Below are positions 19,373-29,188 of a DNA stretch of 64,000 bases, piece after piece (position 1 is the first letter of the stretch; every line of letters begins with the position of its first letter). Source of the stretch: an uncultured Gammaproteobacteria bacterium (lineage in GTDB: Bacteria > Patescibacteriota > Microgenomatia > CAZETR01 > Amesbacteraceae); assembly GCA_964543035.1 (NCBI GenBank), contig CAZIVL010000001.1:236159-300158 (forward strand). Reading direction: 5' to 3'. The notes beneath the pieces were generated by a model. That model worked only from the letters and a program-made list of their open reading frames with translations, was not told the DNA's origin and did no database searches. Position numbers and translations under genes: made by a program.

Positions 19373-20837
19373 GTTAATCATTATCTTTTTAGTAGCTTGG
19401 CTAGTTAGATTTTCTTATATCCAGGCTAGAGCTATTACCTTCAGTTTTGACCAGGCCAGGGATGCCTATACGGCGGGAGAAATACTTAAGGGTGATCTCA
19501 AGATCCAAGGTCCACCCACGTCCACTCGAGATTTTTTCCACGGAGTTTTATTTTATTATTTGTTGGCAATCGGTTACGGCATTGGGTCTGGCAGTCCATT
19601 GGTAGCGGCCAGTTGGATGGCCGCCATTAGTAGTTTGGGGGTTATTCCCATCTATTTTCTTACCAAAAAAATCACCGGGCGTGAGCTTGATTCAATTTTG
19701 GCTGCTTTTCTTTTTGCCGTGTCGTATGAGCAGACCCAATACGCGACCTATCTTAGCAACACGCTTATTGCCTCCGCCACAGTGCCCGTCCTATACCTCG
19801 GTCTTTATCTCTGGCATCAGAACAAAAAAGTGGGCCCTATTCTTGCTGGTCTCGGATGGGGACTGTCTATCCAATCTAATTTTTTTCTTCTTTATCATCT
19901 TCCGGTCATATTACTACTTTCAATATTTAAGATTTTACCTCTATCCAAAAAAAATCTTCTAACCTTCTCAATACCTGTACTCTTGTGCATTTCCACATTT
20001 ATTATTTCTGAAGCCAAGTTTGGTTTTCCAAGTAGGATAGGAGTTCAAAATCTTTTGACACGCAGGGAGTACACCACCCAAAAAGTGGGTCTTCCACGCT
20101 TAATAAACACCTATAAAGATCAGTTTATTCTCCTGATTGCCAACAATCTCAATCCCGGTCAATCAAAAATAGCGATAGGTGTATTTGTGGTGGCCCTTCT
20201 GGGTCTATTGATTCAAATTAAAAGAGATCGAGGTCTTTTGATTTTGCTTTTAGGTTTGTTTTCGTCTATTCCAGCCCTATTTTTCGGCGGTGTCAGTACC
20301 CCTTACATCAATGTGGGTTTGGGGTCATTGATAATTATAGTCTTGGCCGTCTCATATCAAAGATTTTTTATGCCACTTGTCTTTTTGCTTGCCTGTTTCC
20401 AACTATCGTATCTCTCTACAAATTTACATCGTGGTCAATCGATTTTTTCTATTCAAAAAGACATGCTCTTAAGTCGTGAGCTTGAAGCCATAGACTATAT
20501 GTACCATGAAAGCCGGGGTCGACCGTTTTCGATCAACTCAATCACTGCCCCTTTGTACATCAATACCACTTGGTCCTATTTGTTCAATTGGTATGGCAAG
20601 TCAAAATACGGTTTTGTACCGTACTGGCATGGCCACTCCCAAGCTGGATCTCTAGGTGACAATCTAAAAACTCCACCCAAAGACATAGAACGCACTTTTA
20701 TGATTATCGAACCTTCTCAAGGTTTGCCTCAAGATATTATTAATCAGATCCTAGAAGAGGAAAAAGGTTATTCTACTTTTAATCACGAGCGAAAGTTTGG
20801 CGAGATTACCATCCAAAACCGCTCAGGTAAGATGTAA
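19365..20837 (+). CDS. ArnT/PMT-like GT-C glycosyltransferase
   Basis: FSFDQARD...IQGPPTS...HGVLFYYL; paralog of 1759. Confidence 0.82.
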   Translation: MHKLIIIFLVAWLVRFSYIQARAITFSFDQARDAYTAGEILKGDLKIQGPPTSTRDFFHGVLFYYLLAIGYGIGSGSPLVAASWMAAISSLGVIPIYFLTKKITGRELDSILAAFLFAVSYEQTQYATYLSNTLIASATVPVLYLGLYLWHQNKKVGPILAGLGWGLSIQSNFFLLYHLPVILLLSIFKILPLSKKNLLTFSIPVLLCISTFIISEAKFGFPSRIGVQNLLTRREYTTQKVGLPRLINTYKDQFILLIANNLNPGQSKIAIGVFVVALLGLLIQIKRDRGLLILLLGLFSSIPALFFGGVSTPYINVGLGSLIIIVLAVSYQRFFMPLVFLLACFQLSYLSTNLHRGQSIFSIQKDMLLSRELEAIDYMYHESRGRPFSINSITAPLYINTTWSYLFNWYGKSKYGFVPYWHGHSQAGSLGDNLKTPPKDIERTFMIIEPSQGLPQDIINQILEEEKGYSTFNHERKFGEITIQNRSGKM

Positions 20838-23086
20838 GCAGTGGTCACGCTCAGACCCAAGAGTGTAACAACAAGACCCACAGCAAAGCTTATTGGCACA
20901 AAATAAAATACCACTGCAGATTTCCCTTCATCAATTTTTACCCCCAAGAACCCATATTCATCTTCTATGATGTCGCTTTTTTTGCCATTTACTTTTGCAC
21001 TCCATCCCGGATAGTTGGGAACCATTGAGCGCAAGGCTGTCTTTTCCATAGTCTCTGCTACTAGCTCTATCTTATTTGGTAAATAATTAACTATTGCGAT
21101 TGATCCGCTATCAGTGGCAACTCGTCCTTCACTTAAAAATCCGTGATCAGAAACACTGTCAAACCCTTTTGTGGCCAGACTAAATCTAGACTTAGGATTT
21201 TTATTTTTAAATATCTTAACCTCACCCTCAGTCAGTACCTTTTCATAGTTGGGATCACGGGTTATGACATCTATTTCATCCCGAGTTGCCAAATAATCTA
21301 CTGCAAATTCATCCAAGACCAATGTTCTAGGATCCGAAAGAGATACCATCTTAGTAAATACTGGTTTTTGACCTGAGCCTTTTTCGATAGCGTAAATCAA
21401 GCCAGATATATATTTGTCGAAGGAGACCGCTTGATACCCAGCAATAGTTTCCCACCCATACACACCTCCTATATTTGCCGGAAGTAGTTGGTCCGTCATG
21501 CTGACGACTCTCGCAGGATACTTATGATTTGTTAGTAATTCAGTTACTTTTGTCTTTGGAAAAAATGAGCTCAAAGTAAAGCTGCCATTTTGTATTCCAA
21601 ACTGTCTGGACAAATCAAATCCGTTCAAAAGTACTAGAAGCGACAATGATAAATAGACTAATTTGGAGTGTTTTAGCTTTAATGCAGATATCCCCAGGAC
21701 CAAGCCAAAAATCAAAAGTCCAGTCGGCACAATCATAGATCTCAGTCCCGTCACGACGTTTGCAGGGGTCGTATCAAAAAGATATTTTGTAAACAACGAT
21801 CCGGGAAAATGTAAGTTAAAAAAAGCGACCCCGATTGCCACCAGGCTAAAAAGACCAAACATTCCGACTCCACCTATGACACGTTGTTTCTTTATGATTG
21901 CGTCTATACCTATCGCAGAAAGCACCGCCAGACCTAAGTCAACCAACGCATAAGCTCTCGTCGGAGTAATTGTAGACACAAAAGGTATTTGATTTTCAAA
22001 AATAAGATCAGTCAGCCAGTTATTTGTAGCCATAATCAAGCCTATGCCCACTACCCCCATCCAAAAAAATTTGTCTTTTTGCTTCGACCACATTCCCACT
22101 ATTGCCAACATTAGACCGACAACTCCTATATAAAATGAATACTCGTGATAATAAGAGGGTCCGCCAAAATAATTCCAATTTCCCGGATTTCCATAATAGT
22201 TGGGAAACCAAAAATACAGCAAGTGGTGAAGTGGAGAAGTGATATTTTCAACCACTCCATCAAAATTAGAAGCCCGGTGACTGTTCATAATAAATTCTAT
22301 CGAAGGAATAAGTTGAACCCCAGTAATCATAATTCCAAGTCCAATCCCCAAAACACATCTTCTTAAGGAAACCTTTTTATATGCTGCATATAACCCAATT
22401 ACTGCCACCATGTATATCCATAGCTGCAAATGAGCAGCGGTTCCTGCAATCCCAATTCCAAGTGCAGTCAATGCAACTGATTTTCTGGAAGTTTTATTCA
22501 TGTAATTTATTCCGGTCATAGCCAGTGTGCTCCAAGCAAGTGTATGAAGAGCTGAATTAATATAAAAAAACCCTGCTGCAAAACCTCCGATTCCCCAAGT
22601 TATTGATCCCATAAATGATGCGAGAGTTGACAGTTTGCAACTTCTCAAAAATATATACACAAAAAAAACCATACTAAATATCTGTAGCATCCCCAACATT
22701 GCCCAGGCTTTCGCAAATTCCCATATCCAAAACAAAATATTCCCCACAAAAAAAGCTCCCGTCAAAAAATCTGCGGCCAGTGGAGTTCCTGAGAACTGAG
22801 TAGTATTCCAGAGGGGGACAACCCCCTTTTTCCATTGTTCTATAGCCAAATATTTGAAAGGAATGACTTGTCTTACAGAGTCAAACTGGTGTAAATTTTT
22901 TACATGAAAGGGAAACAATTCCCCCTCAAAAGCAATGTCCACCCATGGCATGTAATATCCAGTCAGCATGTCAGCATTTGTCGGCCACTTGTTATGGAGT
23001 AAGCCACGACCAAATACCGATAAGCACACGATAAGTCCCAAAATTACCCCAATGCCTAAATCCTTTTTCAAGAGCATACCAGCCAT
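20783..23086 (-). CDS. YfhO-family large membrane protein (GT-C-like)
   Basis: PLWNTTQFSGTPLAAD, H.Q, YIG, R, C-terminal NYPGWSAKVNG and terminal TM helix. Confidence 0.85.
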   Translation of the reverse strand: MAGMLLKKDLGIGVILGLIVCLSVFGRGLLHNKWPTNADMLTGYYMPWVDIAFEGELFPFHVKNLHQFDSVRQVIPFKYLAIEQWKKGVVPLWNTTQFSGTPLAADFLTGAFFVGNILFWIWEFAKAWAMLGMLQIFSMVFFVYIFLRSCKLSTLASFMGSITWGIGGFAAGFFYINSALHTLAWSTLAMTGINYMNKTSRKSVALTALGIGIAGTAAHLQLWIYMVAVIGLYAAYKKVSLRRCVLGIGLGIMITGVQLIPSIEFIMNSHRASNFDGVVENITSPLHHLLYFWFPNYYGNPGNWNYFGGPSYYHEYSFYIGVVGLMLAIVGMWSKQKDKFFWMGVVGIGLIMATNNWLTDLIFENQIPFVSTITPTRAYALVDLGLAVLSAIGIDAIIKKQRVIGGVGMFGLFSLVAIGVAFFNLHFPGSLFTKYLFDTTPANVVTGLRSMIVPTGLLIFGLVLGISALKLKHSKLVYLSLSLLVLLNGFDLSRQFGIQNGSFTLSSFFPKTKVTELLTNHKYPARVVSMTDQLLPANIGGVYGWETIAGYQAVSFDKYISGLIYAIEKGSGQKPVFTKMVSLSDPRTLVLDEFAVDYLATRDEIDVITRDPNYEKVLTEGEVKIFKNKNPKSRFSLATKGFDSVSDHGFLSEGRVATDSGSIAIVNYLPNKIELVAETMEKTALRSMVPNYPGWSAKVNGKKSDIIEDEYGFLGVKIDEGKSAVVFYFVPISFAVGLVVTLLGLSVTTAYILPERFWMVISPNFRS

Positions 23087-23094
23087 GTTAAACT
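23086..23094 (+). promoter_or_regulatory. Putative extended -10 box (leaderless)
   Basis: TGTTAAACT, 8 nt before ATG 23103 in a 16-nt divergent gap. Confidence 0.45.
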
Positions 23095-23102
23095 ATTTTT
23101 AA

Positions 23103-23912
23103 ATGCAACTCTACAAATTTAGCACTTCTGTCGTCATACCAGCCTACAACGGCCTGGAACATCTAAAAAGAAATCTACCTCATGTGCTCAAGTTGGGAGC
23201 AGATCAGGTCATAGTGGTCGATGATGCAAGTACAGATGGTACATCTTCATATTTACAGTCAAATTTTCCCCAAGTTACATTAGTAATTCATCCAAAAAAC
23301 ATCAGGTTTACCAAGTCGGTCAACGATGGGTTCTCACATGCGACTGGAGATATCGTGATACTTCTAAATCAGGATGTCACGCCACAGATAGACCTTATCA
23401 AAAAAACCTTGCCTCATTTTGAAGACCCTCTATTGTTTGCCGTCACATTTGCAGAAGTGGACCGTTCCTGGGCGGACGGGTTGTGGGAACGCGGATTTCT
23501 GGAATTTAAAAATGGGATTCGTGATGGACAAGTCCATGACTCGCTCTGGGCATCGGGTGGCAGTGCGGCCTTTCGAAAAACTTATTGGGACCAGCTGAAA
23601 GGATTTGACCCCATCTTTACCCCCGGATATTTTGAAGATGTGGATCTAGGGCTCAGAGCTCACAAGGCTGGATACAAAATTATTTGGGACCCAAAGTGTA
23701 AGGTCGATCATTTGACCGAAACTGCTTTCAAAAAAGCCTTTGAACCTACCTATTTGGCCCGAGTCAAAGACAGGAACTATCTACTGGCCATGTGGAAAAA
23801 TTTACCCGCAGGACAGTTGGGATCACATCTGTCCACTCTGATAAAACGAATTATTTCTCATCCCGGGTTTATTATTCCCACACTCTGGGCTATATGGAAA
23901 AGATTAGTGTAA
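23103..23912 (+). CDS. GT2 glycosyltransferase
   Basis: VVIPAYNG, VDDASTD, LLNQD, GGSAAFR, YFEDVDLG. Confidence 0.9.
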   Translation: MQLYKFSTSVVIPAYNGLEHLKRNLPHVLKLGADQVIVVDDASTDGTSSYLQSNFPQVTLVIHPKNIRFTKSVNDGFSHATGDIVILLNQDVTPQIDLIKKTLPHFEDPLLFAVTFAEVDRSWADGLWERGFLEFKNGIRDGQVHDSLWASGGSAAFRKTYWDQLKGFDPIFTPGYFEDVDLGLRAHKAGYKIIWDPKCKVDHLTETAFKKAFEPTYLARVKDRNYLLAMWKNLPAGQLGSHLSTLIKRIISHPGFIIPTLWAIWKRLV

Positions 23913-24649
23913 TTATTGTCAGCTGGAATGTATTGGACTCACTTAAGCGCTGTCTGGCATCCCTAAAAGCCACCGGTTATCCACATCTTGAGATCATAGT
24001 TATAGACAACGCCTCGACAGACGGATCGGACAAACTAGCAACGATAAAAAATTCTGAAAACATCGGTTTCCCCAAAGCTGTAAATATGGGACTCAAAAAA
24101 GCCACAGGGGAATATTTAGTACTTCTGAATCCAGACACCATTCTTCCCAAAGATTTTTTTACAAAATCACTTGAGTTTCTAAAAAGTCACCCAGATGCAG
24201 GTCTTGTGGGGCCACAATTTGAAAACCAGGCCTCTATCTATAATGAGCCTAGTGTATTAAATGCAATCCGCGAATATTGGTTAGGTCAAAAAGACACTTA
24301 CGAAAAATATTTGCTACCCGCTGTCACAACTGTCGACTGTGTGACATTCGCTTGTGTGATTTTCCCCAGATCGACATTAGAAAGAATTGGTTTTTTGACC
24401 GAAAAAGTATTCATGTATTACGAGGATTTAGATTACTGTCGAAGAGTTAGGGCTGCGGGTCTTAAAGTCTATTATGATCCTGAAATTGTAATTTCCCACG
24501 AACACGGGTCGAGTGCCAAGAGTAATCCCAAAGTAAACAATTACTTAATTGCATCCAGCAAGTGGTACAACGGGTTAATAAAATACTATTTATTAACCTT
24601 TATTCTCTGGTCTGGTCAAAAGATAAAATATTTATTACAACTGAGGTAA
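23894..24649 (+). CDS. GT2 (WbbL-like)
   Basis: VIIVSWN, IDNASTD, NIGFPKAVN, LLNPD, FMYYEDLDYC. Confidence 0.9.
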   Translation: MEKISVIIVSWNVLDSLKRCLASLKATGYPHLEIIVIDNASTDGSDKLATIKNSENIGFPKAVNMGLKKATGEYLVLLNPDTILPKDFFTKSLEFLKSHPDAGLVGPQFENQASIYNEPSVLNAIREYWLGQKDTYEKYLLPAVTTVDCVTFACVIFPRSTLERIGFLTEKVFMYYEDLDYCRRVRAAGLKVYYDPEIVISHEHGSSAKSNPKVNNYLIASSKWYNGLIKYYLLTFILWSGQKIKYLLQLR

Positions 24650-24661
24650 TATTGAAAAAAA

Positions 24662-25189
24662 ATGGATAGTCAACCAGAATTGTCACCTGCAGAATTAAAG
24701 GCCAAAGATGAGGCATGGAACGCTATCGTCAGAGAGAAGTGGGCACGGAGGATTTTGAAAGGCGCCGCCCAACCCTGGTTTTCAGACGCACAGATGTCGA
24801 TACGTGATGATGGATCTTTGAAAGTTGACAGTATCTCACACACAACAATTGTCGAGCCAGATCAAACTGACAAAGATGCAGCTGAATATTTAAGGAGAGG
24901 CGAAGGTCTTGGCTGGCATGCAGCACTTTATTCGTTAAACTCAATACAGTTCGGAATTTTGATGGAACAATTTTTCGGATCAAATGCAGAACTTTCGCCC
25001 CAAAAGAAGAAAGACCTTGCAGAAGTAGTAGAAATGGAAAGGATTATTAATGCTCGGCATTCATCCGCTCATGACAAAGCGGTAACCAATTTATATAGTC
25101 CAGCCATGGCAAAACGAAACTTGTTTAGACAAGTCATAAGTAAAGCAGCTGACTATTATGCAAAACAAGTTACAGACTTAGGATCCTAG
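24662..25189 (+). CDS. Hypothetical soluble protein
   Basis: 175-aa open frame filling the gap between genes, helical/charged, no motif recognised. Confidence 0.6.
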   Translation: MDSQPELSPAELKAKDEAWNAIVREKWARRILKGAAQPWFSDAQMSIRDDGSLKVDSISHTTIVEPDQTDKDAAEYLRRGEGLGWHAALYSLNSIQFGILMEQFFGSNAELSPQKKKDLAEVVEMERIINARHSSAHDKAVTNLYSPAMAKRNLFRQVISKAADYYAKQVTDLGS

Positions 25190-25545
25190 ATACTCTCTTC
25201 AGTAGCAGTAAGTGTTTTGTCCTCTGAATTTCCTGTATTTACGGTGCCTTTTGGTTCTATCAATACTATGTGCACTTCGTCAGGAGCTTCCGGCTTGTGT
25301 TCAATTCCGTGGGGGATTATCAGCATGTCTCCTTCATTTAGTTCTTCAGTCTTATCTCTAAAATGAATTAGTAGCTTTCCTTTAAGCACATAAAATAGTT
25401 CGTCTTCAACTTCATGTTTATGCCATACAAATTCTCCTTTGAGTTTAACGACTTGAACCTTGTCGTCATTCAATTCTCCTACAATCTTCGGACTCCAATA
25501 CTCTTCAAATTGAGCCAATTTCTGTCTGAAGTTTACTACAGGCAT
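25186..25545 (-). CDS. Cupin domain protein (mannose-6-phosphate isomerase-like cupin)
   Basis: GEFVWHKHEVEDELFYVLKG...IIPHGIEHKP. Confidence 0.92.
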   Translation of the reverse strand: MPVVNFRQKLAQFEEYWSPKIVGELNDDKVQVVKLKGEFVWHKHEVEDELFYVLKGKLLIHFRDKTEELNEGDMLIIPHGIEHKPEAPDEVHIVLIEPKGTVNTGNSEDKTLTATEESI

Positions 25546-25551
25546 GTCAAA

Positions 25552-25560
25552 ATCTTATCA
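25552..25560 (-). promoter_or_regulatory. Putative extended -10 box (leaderless) for cupin
   Basis: Minus strand TGATAAGAT, 6 nt before ATG 25545. Confidence 0.5.
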
Positions 25561-26418
25561 CAACCCGTTCCTCACAAGTTTTTGCAAAGCTTTTCGGTGG
25601 GCGCCGGACCACGGTCTAACTAGACATCCACCTATTAATACTATCCGAAGAATGTCTTTAGGAATCCAGCGTTTCCAGGATACAAACTCGCCCCAGATGG
25701 CCCCAAAGTTATCCGACTGACTGGCTCTTCCAATATGAGTTGCCTGGGCGGTTGGGGTATACCAAACTTCATATCCCATTTTTTTAATTCTATTTAGCCA
25801 TTCCACCTCTTCTCCATACATAAAAAATCCCTCATCAAAACCACGAGTTTTTTCAAATACCTCTTTTTTTAGAAGAATAAATGCCCCCATAACCCAATCA
25901 ACAAGTCTCGTATTTTCATATCTGGCTACATCTCGAATATGAATCGAATCAACAAATTTTCGAACAACCGGGAGGTTGTCAATAAAAAGCATCAGCTGAA
26001 GAACGCGTCTTAAGCTGGGAAAAAATCCCCAAGATGACTGGATAGATCCATCGGGGTTCAACAGTTTGCAGCCCAGGACATCTTTTTGTAAATCCAAACA
26101 CCTTTTGATAGTGTATGGATCCACAAAGCAGTCGCTGTTCAAAAGTAAGATATATTTTCCCAAAGCCCGACTCATCCCCAGATTGTTCCCTCTCGCAAAA
26201 CCCAAGTTCTCTTTTGACTCAATCAGTTTTACTTGAGGAAAGTGTTTCTTGATGATCTCCACCGATTCGTCTTTTGAGTCGTTATCTACCACAATCGTCT
26301 CAAAAAACACGTCTTTTGAGGTGTACAAATGCTCCAAACATTTTTGAGTGACTTTAGCCGTGTTATATGACAAAATGACCACAGATACGTCTATGTCAGC
26401 TCTCGATTTGTCCGTCAT
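25558..26418 (-). CDS. GT2 (WbbL-like)
   Basis: VVILSYNT, VDNDSKD, NLGFARGNN, LLNSD, WVMGAF, FFMYGEEVEW. Confidence 0.9.
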   Translation of the reverse strand: MTDKSRADIDVSVVILSYNTAKVTQKCLEHLYTSKDVFFETIVVDNDSKDESVEIIKKHFPQVKLIESKENLGFARGNNLGMSRALGKYILLLNSDCFVDPYTIKRCLDLQKDVLGCKLLNPDGSIQSSWGFFPSLRRVLQLMLFIDNLPVVRKFVDSIHIRDVARYENTRLVDWVMGAFILLKKEVFEKTRGFDEGFFMYGEEVEWLNRIKKMGYEVWYTPTAQATHIGRASQSDNFGAIWGEFVSWKRWIPKDILRIVLIGGCLVRPWSGAHRKALQKLVRNGL

Positions 26419-27349
26419 CGTCCCAGTTTACAACGAAGCCGGTAGTGCAGTCGAGCTGGATAGCCAGCTCCAGACGGTTCTTTCAGAGTTAGATCTCAAA
26501 TCTGAGATCATTTATGTCAACGACGGCAGCACGGATTCCACCGCCCAGATTCTCCGCTCTCATGTAACAGATCTCAAGGATCACACTCCAGTGCATTTGA
26601 TTTCACTTACCCGAAACCAAGGTCAGACTGCGGCCATTAGCGCCGGCCTTGATGCCGCCAGTGGCAAGCTCATAGCCTTTTTAGATGGCGATCTCCAAAA
26701 TCACCCTAGCGATATTCCAAAGCTCATTGCCAGCCTAGATAAGGACACAGACGCTGTTTTTGGCTGGCGAAAGAACAGATCGGATAGACTCGACCGAGTA
26801 ATTGCCTCCCGGATTGCAAACTTTTTGACCGATATCCTGTTTTCCATAAATATCCGTGATCTGGGTTGCTCACTGCGCATTGTCCGTCGCGAGAGCCTCG
26901 AGGGTCTAAGGTTGTACGGTGAAAATCACCGCCTTCTCTCACTCCTTCTGGCTCTCCGGGGAGTTCGTTACAAGCAAATCGAAGTAGGCCATAGTCCAAG
27001 GATTCACGACCATTCAAAATATGGCTATTCTCGGGTCATCAAGCTGATAGTAGATCTTATTACCACCAAGTTCTTGCATTCCTACGCCACCAAACCAGCC
27101 TACATTTTTGGCACTTGGGGCCTTATCTGTTTGGGACTAGCCATCCCAGCTCTACTCCAAGTTATCTACAAGAAGCTGTTTTTAGGAGTCTATGTCCATC
27201 TCAATCCCATGTTCATTATCTTTATTTTCTTGAGTCTTGTAGGTGTTCAGCTAGTTTTGATGGGGCTTCTGGCTGAGCTTCTAGTTCGAGTTTACTTCGA
27301 GTCACGTCAAAAACCGATCTATGAAATTAACAAATCCGAAAAGCTCTAA
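26393..27349 (+). CDS. GT2, ArnC/GtrB-like undecaprenyl-phosphate glycosyltransferase with two C-terminal TM helices
   Basis: VIVPVYNE, VNDGSTD, RNQGQTAA, LDGDLQN, DLGCSLR, SKY, C-terminal TMs ending GLLAE..R.Y.E...KPIY. Confidence 0.9.
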   Translation: MSALDLSVIVPVYNEAGSAVELDSQLQTVLSELDLKSEIIYVNDGSTDSTAQILRSHVTDLKDHTPVHLISLTRNQGQTAAISAGLDAASGKLIAFLDGDLQNHPSDIPKLIASLDKDTDAVFGWRKNRSDRLDRVIASRIANFLTDILFSINIRDLGCSLRIVRRESLEGLRLYGENHRLLSLLLALRGVRYKQIEVGHSPRIHDHSKYGYSRVIKLIVDLITTKFLHSYATKPAYIFGTWGLICLGLAIPALLQVIYKKLFLGVYVHLNPMFIIFIFLSLVGVQLVLMGLLAELLVRVYFESRQKPIYEINKSEKL

Positions 27350-29188
27350 ATGTGTGGCATTACAGGAATAGTAGATTTTAAAAAGACTCAGATCCCCAAA
27401 AAAATCTTGTCTGGTATGAATGCCCAGATTGCTCACCGAGGTCCGGACTCTGACGGTTTTTATTATGATGATCACGTGGGGTTGGCCGCCAGAAGGCTCA
27501 GCATCATCGATCTCGTAACTGGAGACCAGCCCATCTTCAATGAGGATAAGTCGGTTGCAATCGTCTTCAATGGAGAAATTTACAATTATCAGTCACTTCA
27601 CGCTGGTCTCGCAAAATTAGGCCACAAATTCAAGACCAAGTCGGATACCGAGACTCTGGTTCACGCCTACGAAGAATATGGGTATGAAATGCTCTCAAAA
27701 TTAAACGGCATGTTTGCCTTTGCTATCTGGGATAAGAAAAAAGCCAAAGTATTTATAGGTCGCGATCACGCTGGCATCAAGCCTCTCTATTATTTTGTAA
27801 ATGGTCCCCAACTTATTTTTGGTTCCGAATTAAAAACTATTCTTGCCTTCCCAGGAGTCCCAAGACGTTTGAATTCCGAGAGCTTTGATCTTTACTCTTT
27901 CTTTGGATATATCCCGGGAAGCAAATCAATCTTTTCAGATATCCACAAGCTCCCAGCAGGTCACTATCTGACCTTTGATTCCACGGGTCTTCAGATCAAA
28001 AAATATTATGATCTCGAAAATCTAATTGCACCTGATACCCACGATCTTGACGTGCTTTTTGACAATTCCCTCAGGCTGCAGTCAATTGCCGATGTTCCTC
28101 TGGGAGTTCTTTTGAGTGGGGGAATAGATTCATCTCTGATTGCCTACTATCTGACTCGTCAAAAACACAATGTCAAAAGTTTCTCTATCTCATTTTCCGA
28201 AAGCTCATTTGATGAAAGTTCCTATGCGAGACTAATATCGAAACAGCTGGGAACAACTCATTTCGAAGAAGAATTTACATCCTCAAAAATGCTGGATATT
28301 TTTACAGACATTACCGAAAAAATGGATGAACCATTGGCAGATCCTTCCTTATTCCCCACTTACGCCGTGAGCAAATTAGCCAAAAAACATGTGAAAGTTG
28401 CACTATCAGGCGATGGTGGTGACGAATTGTTTGCAGGCTATCCTACATACCAAGGTCATTTTCTAGCAAGCCTCATTCCAAAGCTTCCAAGTTCAGTCAT
28501 TAGATCATTGGTTACGTCTCTCAAGCAGTTCAACTCTTCTACCCAAAATTATCCGACTCTCGAAGTGCTGTTAAACGGTATATCGGGATTAGACAAGAGC
28601 CCTATCGAGCGCCATCTAAACTGGATGAGCAATCAGTCATTAGGACTTACCAAAATAGGCAATTTACCTGCACTAATGCAAATACCTTTCGATCCAAAAC
28701 AGATGCTCAGATCTATCCTCAAGCTTGATTTTCAGACCTATCTAGAAGGGGATTTACTCGTCAAATCAGATCGGGCCTCCATGTTCAATTCACTAGAGCT
28801 CAGAGTGCCATTTTTGGATCAGGATATTATCAAATATGCTTACACGACCGACTCTTCTCACGCCGACTTTTTTACGACCAAAAAGCAGTTGCGATCACTT
28901 CTCTCCCAGAAACTCCCTTCTCAAATACTAGATAGGGGCAGTACTTTCATGGGTCTAAAACTTTTTCGCAAAAAAGGCTTTGGAATACCACTTTATAAGT
29001 GGATGACCACAGATCTCAGACCTCTAGTCGACCAGCATCTAGAGAATCCAGACCTAGATGATTTGTTTGATATGCCCACCGTAAACAGATTATGGCAGCG
29101 GACCTTGTCCAGGCTTGGAAACCACAGTAAACTGGTCTGGATGGTTGTAATGTTTTCTGCTTGGCACAAAAACTGGCTACGCTCATGA
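27350..29188 (+). CDS. asnB: Asparagine synthase (glutamine-hydrolysing)-like amidotransferase, probably glycan amidation
   Basis: MCGITG, HRGPD, RLSIID, FNGEIYN, SDTE, LSGGIDSS, SGDGGDELFAGY, ELRVPFLD. Confidence 0.93.
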   Translation: MCGITGIVDFKKTQIPKKILSGMNAQIAHRGPDSDGFYYDDHVGLAARRLSIIDLVTGDQPIFNEDKSVAIVFNGEIYNYQSLHAGLAKLGHKFKTKSDTETLVHAYEEYGYEMLSKLNGMFAFAIWDKKKAKVFIGRDHAGIKPLYYFVNGPQLIFGSELKTILAFPGVPRRLNSESFDLYSFFGYIPGSKSIFSDIHKLPAGHYLTFDSTGLQIKKYYDLENLIAPDTHDLDVLFDNSLRLQSIADVPLGVLLSGGIDSSLIAYYLTRQKHNVKSFSISFSESSFDESSYARLISKQLGTTHFEEEFTSSKMLDIFTDITEKMDEPLADPSLFPTYAVSKLAKKHVKVALSGDGGDELFAGYPTYQGHFLASLIPKLPSSVIRSLVTSLKQFNSSTQNYPTLEVLLNGISGLDKSPIERHLNWMSNQSLGLTKIGNLPALMQIPFDPKQMLRSILKLDFQTYLEGDLLVKSDRASMFNSLELRVPFLDQDIIKYAYTTDSSHADFFTTKKQLRSLLSQKLPSQILDRGSTFMGLKLFRKKGFGIPLYKWMTTDLRPLVDQHLENPDLDDLFDMPTVNRLWQRTLSRLGNHSKLVWMVVMFSAWHKNWLRS

